From Peptoniphilus sp. (GTDB lineage: Bacteria > Bacillota > Clostridia > Tissierellales > Peptoniphilaceae): a stretch of 64,000 nt of DNA. Of this stretch, positions 58,301 to 64,000 are shown one piece after another (position 1 is the stretch's first letter; every line of letters starts with the position of its first letter). The notes beneath the pieces were generated by a model. That model was not told where the DNA came from and did no database searches. It saw only the letters and a program-made list of their open reading frames with translations. The stretch covers positions 21,130 to 85,129 of the forward strand of contig JASBZH010000001.1 of the NCBI GenBank assembly GCA_029983555.1, given 5' to 3'. A program made the position numbers and the translations under genes.

Positions 58301-58886
58301 GAAGTAAATCTTCAATTCTTACTAAATTCTCCTCAGTCTTTAAGAGTTTATTTTTAGATTGAACCTTTTTGTATTTAAATTTAGATATTCCAGCAGCCTC
58401 TTCAAATATAGCACGCCTGTCTTCTGGTCTAGAACTTAAAACAGACTCAATTTTGCCTTGACCGATTACAGAGTAACCATCCTTGCCAATGCCTGTATCC
58501 ATAAAAAGTTCTTTTATATCCTTTAAACGACACTTTTTATTGTTAATCAAAAATTCACTTTCAAGAGACCTATACATCCTTCTAGTTACAGAAACTTCAT
58601 TATACGGTGTATCTAAAGTCTTATCAGAATTGTCAAAAACTATTGTAACTTCAGCCATGCCAAGTGGCTTTTTGGAGTCGGTACCTGAGAAGATTACATC
58701 TTCCATCTTAGTACCTCTCAAATTTTTAACAGATGTCTCTCCCAAAACCCATGTTATAGCATCGGTAATATTGCTTTTTCCACTTCCATTTGGTCCAACT
58801 ATGGCAGTTATTGACTCATTTAATTCAATTGTCGTTTTATTTGCAAAAGATTTAAACCCTTGCATTGTAACTGTCTTCAAAAACAT
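55365..58886 (-). CDS. smc: Chromosome segregation protein SMC
   Basis: GFKSF, GPNGSGKSN, hinge GRITFLPL...GSITGG, LSGGE, LDEIDAALD. Confidence 0.97.
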   Translation of the reverse strand: MFLKTVTMQGFKSFANKTTIELNESITAIVGPNGSGKSNITDAITWVLGETSVKNLRGTKMEDVIFSGTDSKKPLGMAEVTIVFDNSDKTLDTPYNEVSVTRRMYRSLESEFLINNKKCRLKDIKELFMDTGIGKDGYSVIGQGKIESVLSSRPEDRRAIFEEAAGISKFKYKKVQSKNKLLKTEENLVRIEDLLQEISTQEENLKLQAQKATRYLEDYNRLKEIDLNFVSKKIKILNEEIEDLIKDIKDLKLEFDFLHKRKKEILEEKSNIETLSKEQSENLKSKKDELSLKGGKLEELKVKSSVLDEQIKSLNRDVKRINNDKVEESSKINSYSENLKELKAKKDNFDEEKEELSKKLVEIEKAIEIKSNEVNDIEKSEKEKSSNQNILNNEIENIKFRNETLSVMIEEKKNRKSSIDSNILNFENNKKEFKSLIESLESEKKEKLNSKRDLLNSLNSIQSELEKLKGFCQNQNEKLSSLTNELNEKATRLKILENMESNFEGYNRSVKTFMNYSNNKNIFQNSLYGPVGEKFSVSEEYEKAISVALGAMAQNIIVENTSETYKMLKILEKNKMGRITFLPLDRVKSRKTNKNISGKGVIGIASDLISFDNKFRDIFENLIGYVLIADNYEHGASLSKKYNIKVVTLAGEVFNTSGSITGGSLNHHNASFIQRKNEILELSKEVKNKNLEREKTENLLSDKQNEYNLLIDKFENLKEKLNELSQKLDSIDNNILKNKQSNEINEDYLSRYLKEKSEIVTSIEEDSKNLTTNNNLIEYKLKKLDELSDNMDKDTEFLDLKNELEKYKSSRLDLILLQKENKEKSSYNLMEIERVEKSIEESNNFIKELEEQLKEDEKTLQQKSQELSSSLVSSDAIEEEISILKNDISEIEELIFKNNEKLNLHKEEIVKINEKLLKNENERENRKYKIEVKRDSISSNISRIEEEYDVSKKDIKEIKDIPDVPEKLVKSLRRKVKNYGEVNVGSIEEYKLVSDRLDFYSKQRDDLIDAKEEIESILLKLDSEMKKSFKDAIGEISSHFERIFKILFNGGHAEINIEGDILESGIEIKASPPGKRLQSLSLLSGGERALTAVALLFALLKVRPASFCILDEIDAALDDANIKRYAEYLQTLKGTQFIIITHRKLTMEIAKSMYGVTMEEKGISTLYSVKLND

Positions 58887-59944
58887 CTATCGTTCACCTT
58901 GTAATAATCGCGAATATCTATTAATTCATCTCTTTTTGATAAAACTCTAACTTGAAAATCTCCCAACTCTTCTTCTGAAAGATTTAATTTTTTTATATTT
59001 AGTTTCGAGATGATTTCATTTTTATTTGCTTTTTTTTGTCCACTTATATTAGAAATGTTTTTGCCGCTTGCTTTTAATGTAATTTCTTCACTTACATTTT
59101 TGCTTTCAAAAAAATAGTTAAGAAGAGAAATTTTCATATAAAAGGACTCGACAAATTGTCTGTAGGCAGGATGAAAAGCTCCAGCTACAACATCTTTTTC
59201 AAAATTAATATTTTCAGTAGGCTGAAGTCCAACTCTTATGACATTTATATTGTCTTTATAATAGATATCTAAAATATCTGCCACTATAGGAATAGATTCT
59301 TCCAAGTTTAAAGCCTTATATAGTCCATGTTCATATTGATAATTTAAAGCTGTCTCTTTAATTACAAGAGTCGGATAAATTCTTACACAATATGGATCTA
59401 ATTTAGTAAATTCTTTAGCTGTATAAATTGATCTAGCATAACTATCGCCAGGAAGTCCAACCATTTGTTGAAGTCCCAACTTAAATCCATAATCTTTAAT
59501 CATTTTGCTTGACTTATATACAACTTCATCATCGTGGCCTCTGTTTGATTTATCTAAAACTTCAGCATTAAGACTTTGAACTCCAAGCTCAATTATATCT
59601 ACTAAATTGTCCTTTAAATTTTCTAATACTTTTTCATCAATTGCATCTGGTCTTGTGGAAAGTCTAATTTTACTAACAAATCCTTTTTCTTTAAAGTTTT
59701 TTGCCACTTCAAGCAGTTCTTTTTGCTTATCAATTCCTATTGCTGTAAAACTACCGCCATAAAATGCAACTTCAACATTGTCTTTTCTCTTGAAATAAGA
59801 AAGATATTCCAAAATAGTTTTTTCAACATCACTACTTGAAATATCTGTTGAAGCTCCAGTAATTTTTCTTTGATTGCAAAAAACGCAATCGTTTGGACAT
59901 CCAAAATGAGGAACAAAAATAGGAATTATATTTCTCTTAGACAT
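58877..59944 (-). CDS. Radical SAM protein (Elp3-like rSAM domain)
   Basis: PHFGCPNDCVFCNQ, FYGGSFT, STRPD, ELGVQS, RIYP; between rnc and smc. Confidence 0.88.
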   Translation of the reverse strand: MSKRNIIPIFVPHFGCPNDCVFCNQRKITGASTDISSSDVEKTILEYLSYFKRKDNVEVAFYGGSFTAIGIDKQKELLEVAKNFKEKGFVSKIRLSTRPDAIDEKVLENLKDNLVDIIELGVQSLNAEVLDKSNRGHDDEVVYKSSKMIKDYGFKLGLQQMVGLPGDSYARSIYTAKEFTKLDPYCVRIYPTLVIKETALNYQYEHGLYKALNLEESIPIVADILDIYYKDNINVIRVGLQPTENINFEKDVVAGAFHPAYRQFVESFYMKISLLNYFFESKNVSEEITLKASGKNISNISGQKKANKNEIISKLNIKKLNLSEEELGDFQVRVLSKRDELIDIRDYYKVNDRCF

Positions 59945-60638
59945 TTTTTGATTCCTCCAAAGCGTTCACGGCAGATTTAGCAGCCATTTGTGTAGCTTTC
60001 TTTTTTGTCTTGCCTTGACCCTTTCCAACAACTTTACCATCTAAAACTAATTGACAATAAAAAGTTTTGTCGTTATCAGGACCTTCTTCTCCAATAATTT
60101 CGTACTTGCAAGTCTTGCCTGACTTTTGTATCATCTCTTGAAATTCGGTCTTATAGTCTCTACTTATATTTTTAATATCGTCGACATTTATATAAGAGTC
60201 AAAAAGTCTAAGCACAAACTTTTCACAAACTTCAAAAGAAGAGTCTAGGTATATCGCTCCTATAAGTGCCTCTATGGCATCGGCAGAAGTAGATTCTCTA
60301 AATCTACCGCCATTTTTAATTTCTCCTCTTCCAAAATATATTAATGATCCAATGCCAATTTGCTTTGAAATTGCAAATAATAGGTGCTCATTAACACATT
60401 CAGATCTAAGTTTAGATAGATAACCTTCAGACTCTTTTGGATATTTTAAATATAAAAATTCACCAATTACTAAATCTAAAACAGCATCGCCCAAAAACTC
60501 AAGCCTTTCATTACTTTCATAATGGTGCATTCTATTTTCATTAACATAAGAGCTGTGTGTTAAGGCAGTTTTTAATAAACTGATGTCGTTGAAAAAATAA
60601 CCAATTTTTTCTTGAAATAGATTTAGTTCATCTTTCAT
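59937..60638 (-). CDS. rnc: Ribonuclease III
   Basis: NERLEFLGDAVL signature, EALIGAIYLD, C-terminal dsRBD. Confidence 0.98.
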   Translation of the reverse strand: MKDELNLFQEKIGYFFNDISLLKTALTHSSYVNENRMHHYESNERLEFLGDAVLDLVIGEFLYLKYPKESEGYLSKLRSECVNEHLLFAISKQIGIGSLIYFGRGEIKNGGRFRESTSADAIEALIGAIYLDSSFEVCEKFVLRLFDSYINVDDIKNISRDYKTEFQEMIQKSGKTCKYEIIGEEGPDNDKTFYCQLVLDGKVVGKGQGKTKKKATQMAAKSAVNALEESKNV

Positions 60639-60644
60639 ATTAAA

Positions 60645-60872
60645 TCACTGTTCGATTTCTTCTACATAATCTATTACGTCGCCAATAGTTTCTAACTTTT
60701 CTAGATCTTCTTCTGCCACTTCAATATCATACTCTTCTTCAATACTCATGATTAATTCAACAAGTTCAATTGAATCAGCATTTAAATCATCTTGAAAAGA
60801 CATATCTTCGTCGAGCTCATCGACTTCCTTGTTAAAATGTTCTGCAATAAGTTTTAAAATATCTTCTTTCAT
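60645..60872 (-). CDS. acpP: Acyl carrier protein
   Basis: DLNADSIELVEL phosphopantetheine site; acidic, 75 aa. Confidence 0.95.
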   Translation of the reverse strand: MKEDILKLIAEHFNKEVDELDEDMSFQDDLNADSIELVELIMSIEEEYDIEVAEEDLEKLETIGDVIDYVEEIEQ

Positions 60873-61861
60873 TTATCTTCATCTCCCATTTTTTCCTTTA
60901 TTTTTTTAACGACTTCATTATTATTAATTTCAATAGCATATTTAGCTGCATTTTTAATTGCTAGTCTATTAGAGCTTCCGTGAGCTTTAATTATATTACC
61001 GTCTATTCCAAGAAGTATTGTTCCACCAACCTCATCAGAATTTAAACCACTAATATTTGACTTAACACCTTTTATAAGTTCAAGTTTATCATCTTCGCCT
61101 ATATTAGATTTTTGTATTTCTTTAAACATTATTTTAGCTAAAAGATTAACTGTTCCTTCAATACCTTTAAGAAGAATATTTCCAGCAAATCCATCACAAA
61201 CAACTAAATCGCAATCAGTTGTAAGAATGTCTCTTGACTCAACATTTCCAGCAAAATTCAAACTAGAATCTTTTAAAAGCTCATATGTCTTTTTAGTTAA
61301 ATTATTGCCCTTGCCTTCTTCTGCACCAATATTCAAAAGTCCAATTTTTGGATTATTTATCTTGAACTGAGTTTCTAAAAATACTTTACCTAAATTTGCA
61401 AATTGAAGTAAAAGTTCAGGTGTGGTGTCAGTATTTGCACCAGAATCAATAAGCACAGTGCTTGATTCTATACCAGGAACATAAACTGGCAAAACCCCAC
61501 GCTTTATTCCCTTAATTCTTCCAACTATAAATAGTCCTCCAGCAAGTAATGCACCAGTGCTTCCTGCTGAAATTAAAGCATAGTCCTTATTTTCTTTTAT
61601 TAATTTAAGGGCAACTACTAATGAAGAATCTTTTTTTCTTCTAATTGCAAAAGCAGGATCTTCATTATTTTCAATAGTTTCTTTTGCATCAATTATTTCT
61701 ACTTTGTCTTCATCATAGACAGTATTACTTAGTACATCTTTGGCAAAGTCCATATCGCCAACTAAAATAATTTCTGCATCAAATTCTTTGGAGGCATCTA
61801 AAGCTCCCATTATTATATCTTCGCGGTTATCTCCGCCATTTATATCAAAAACTAGTTTCAT
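60869..61861 (-). CDS. plsX: Phosphate acyltransferase PlsX
   Basis: SAGSTGA, DSGAN, LLNIGAEEGKG, VCDGFAGN, KAHGSS. Confidence 0.96.
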   Translation of the reverse strand: MKLVFDINGGDNREDIIMGALDASKEFDAEIILVGDMDFAKDVLSNTVYDEDKVEIIDAKETIENNEDPAFAIRRKKDSSLVVALKLIKENKDYALISAGSTGALLAGGLFIVGRIKGIKRGVLPVYVPGIESSTVLIDSGANTDTTPELLLQFANLGKVFLETQFKINNPKIGLLNIGAEEGKGNNLTKKTYELLKDSSLNFAGNVESRDILTTDCDLVVCDGFAGNILLKGIEGTVNLLAKIMFKEIQKSNIGEDDKLELIKGVKSNISGLNSDEVGGTILLGIDGNIIKAHGSSNRLAIKNAAKYAIEINNNEVVKKIKEKMGDEDK

Positions 61862-61973
61862 TTTTACCTCCCTTAAGCCTTATCTTAATATATATCAAAG
61901 TTTTAAAAAAATCAATATATTATGACTTTCTTAACATATGAAAAAAAGACAATTGTCTTTAAATTATAAATAG

Positions 61974-62010
61974 AAAAATGCGGCCAACTCATTAAAGAGA
62001 AAGCCGCATT
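61974..62010 (-). terminator. Intrinsic terminator after nifJ
   Basis: Minus strand AATGCGGC...GCCGCATT-TTT. Confidence 0.75.
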
Positions 62011-62039
62011 GTAAAAGATTAATTTTTTAATCTATATAT

Positions 62040-64000
62040 TTATTTGTCTTCTTCTGATAAGTTAAGATAGCTTTTATATCTTTCCATAGCATTTTCTTCA
62101 GCTACTTCGTAAAGCTTTTCTGCTCTTTCAGGGAATAATTTCTTAAGTGAAGTATATCTTACTTCTCCGTTAAGGAAATCTCTGTAAGGTTTAGTAGGTT
62201 CTTTAGAATCTAGAGTGAATGGATTCTTTCCTTCTTTCTTAAGTTCAGGATTGTATCTATATAGGTGCCAGTATCCAGTTTCAACAGCCTTCTTTTCCTC
62301 TTCAACTGAGAATCCCATACCGATCTTAATACCGTGGTTGATACATGGTGCATAAGCAATAATTAGAGATGGTCCATTATATGCTTCTGCTTCCTTAATT
62401 GCCTTAAGTGCTTGATTCTTATCTGCACCTATTGCAATTTGAGCTACATATACATATCCGTAAGTTGTAGCCATAAGTCCTAGATCTTTTTTCTTAGTAA
62501 TTTTACCAGATGCGGCAAATTGAGCTATTGCAGCTGTTGGTGTAGCCTTAGAAGCTTGACCACCAGTGTTTGAATAAACTTCCGTATCTAGTACAAGTAC
62601 ATTTAGATCTTCTCCAGAAGCAAGTACATGGTCAAGTCCACCATATCCAATATCGTAAGCCCAACCGTCTCCACCGATAATCCATTGGCTCTTCTTAATC
62701 AAGAATTTTTCAAGTCCTTGTAAGCTAAAGATTATATCGTCAGCTTTTTCATCTCCAAAATGTTTATCTAAAACTTTAAGAACATCAGCTGTTGCAAGTT
62801 TAGATGATTTATAATCGTCTTTTCCATCAATCCAAGCTTGGAAAGCTTTATTTGCTTCTTCATCAACGCCTAGTTCAATGAATTCTTCCATTAAATTTTT
62901 AATTCTATCTCTTGTTTGAATTTGAGATACCGCCATACCATATCCATATTCAGCATTGTCTTCAAATAGAGAGTTAGCCCATGATGGTCCATTTCCATGC
63001 GCATTTTTGCAATATGGCATTGAAGGAGCAGAACCTCCCCAAATTGAAGTACATCCTGTGGCATTTGCAATACTCATTCTGTCACCAAATAATTGAGTTA
63101 CAAGTTTTACATAAGGAGTTTCTCCACAACCAGCACATGCACCTGAGAATTCAAGTAATGGTGTTTGGAATTGAGAAGTCTTTACATTAGTAGATTCAAT
63201 TTCATCTTCTTTTGAACTTACATAATTAGAAGCATATTCCCAATTAATAACTTGTTTGTGTATTTCATCTTCATATGGGCTCATAACTAGAGCTTTTTCT
63301 TTTGCTGGACAAACTTGAGCACAGTTACCGCAGCCTGTACAGTCAAGAGGTGAAATTTGAATTCTGTAATCATATTGTTTGAAGTCCTTACCAACAGCTT
63401 TTTTAGTTTCAAATGTTTCAGGCGCATTAGCTTTTTCTTCTTCGTCTAGTAAGAAAGGTCTAATTACTGCGTGTGGACATACAAATGAACATTGATTACA
63501 TTGAATACAGTTTTCAATTTTCCAATGAGGTACATTTACAGCGATACCTCTCTTTTCGTAACGGCTTGTACCAGATGGGAATGATCCATCTTCCATATCA
63601 ACAAATGCAGATACTGGAAGATTATTTCCTTCTTGTCTGTTCATAGGAATTAGAATATCATTTATAAAGTCAGGTGCTCCTGGGATTTTGCTATAAACTG
63701 TATCGTCAGCATCTTTCCAAGAATCTTTAACTTCAACTTTAACTAAAGCATCAATTCCTGCATCCACTGCCTTATAGTTCATTTCAACGATGTCATCGCC
63801 TTTAGCACCATAATCTTTTACTATTGCTTCTTTAAGAAGTTTTTGTGCTTGATCTATTGGTAAAACTTGAGAAAGTTTAAAGAATGCAGATTGCATTACC
63901 ATATTAGTTCTTCCGCCAAGTCCAACTTCTGATGCGATCTTAGTTGCATTGATTATATAAAACTCAATGTCATTTTTAGCAATATACTTCTTCATATAAC
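62040..64000 (-). CDS. nifJ: Pyruvate:ferredoxin (flavodoxin) oxidoreductase, C-terminal part (runs off the right edge)
   Basis: CIQCNQCSFVCPH and CTGCGNCAQVCP ferredoxin motifs, FSGACAGCGE, TPP-binding GGDGWAYDIG, YSNTGGQ. Confidence 0.97.
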   Translation of the reverse strand, partial: YMKKYIAKNDIEFYIINATKIASEVGLGGRTNMVMQSAFFKLSQVLPIDQAQKLLKEAIVKDYGAKGDDIVEMNYKAVDAGIDALVKVEVKDSWKDADDTVYSKIPGAPDFINDILIPMNRQEGNNLPVSAFVDMEDGSFPSGTSRYEKRGIAVNVPHWKIENCIQCNQCSFVCPHAVIRPFLLDEEEKANAPETFETKKAVGKDFKQYDYRIQISPLDCTGCGNCAQVCPAKEKALVMSPYEDEIHKQVINWEYASNYVSSKEDEIESTNVKTSQFQTPLLEFSGACAGCGETPYVKLVTQLFGDRMSIANATGCTSIWGGSAPSMPYCKNAHGNGPSWANSLFEDNAEYGYGMAVSQIQTRDRIKNLMEEFIELGVDEEANKAFQAWIDGKDDYKSSKLATADVLKVLDKHFGDEKADDIIFSLQGLEKFLIKKSQWIIGGDGWAYDIGYGGLDHVLASGEDLNVLVLDTEVYSNTGGQASKATPTAAIAQFAASGKITKKKDLGLMATTYGYVYVAQIAIGADKNQALKAIKEAEAYNGPSLIIAYAPCINHGIKIGMGFSVEEEKKAVETGYWHLYRYNPELKKEGKNPFTLDSKEPTKPYRDFLNGEVRYTSLKKLFPERAEKLYEVAEENAMERYKSYLNLSEEDK

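Noticed and set aside
55365..58886. SMC-like protein as a Wadjet or other defence system
   Set aside because: It is the canonical housekeeping SMC with a hinge, in the rnc-smc-ftsY context, with no jetABD-like neighbours.

Overview
A very AT-rich stretch (under ~30% GC by eye) of the core chromosome of an anaerobic Firmicute. Gene content and order suggest a Peptoniphilaceae/Tissierellia-type coccus, which is an inference. About 64 CDSs are tightly packed, almost all on the minus strand; only thrE, thrE2 and thiT are on +. Reading right to left: nifJ (partial); plsX-acpP-rnc-radical SAM-smc-ftsY; thiT; ylxM-ffh-rpsP-khpA-rimM-trmD-rplS; GH18, Zn-PLC family, asnA, hypothetical; ruvCAB-spoIID/lytB-queA-tgt-yajC-scfA-scfB; a copper-amine-oxidase-N-domain surface protein; recJ-rel-dtd-MBL-hemZ-atypical Mur ligase; aspS-rseC-two membrane-anchored coiled-coil hypotheticals-traB; the thrE pair; der-plsY-gpsA; hlyD-like-yggS-sepF-ylmH-lspA-rluD-FAD oxidoreductase; miaB-mutS-mutL-miaA-ynbB; nusG-II-Gx-maf-radC-minD-like-rng-GDSL (partial). 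I saw no rRNA, tRNA, CRISPR, prophage or IS element. Main points: (1) an intact MinD homologue that has lost nearly all ATPase-motif residues but keeps its membrane-targeting helix, in a locus lacking mreBCD/pbp2/minC/minE/rodA; (2) a MurE-like ligase with remodelled specificity motifs where hisS usually sits; (3) a tandem pair of related single-TM coiled-coil proteins of unknown function; (4) a 46-aa SCIFF ranthipeptide precursor missed by the ORF track; (5) several cis-regulatory oddities. All assignments come from motif recognition, not database searches.
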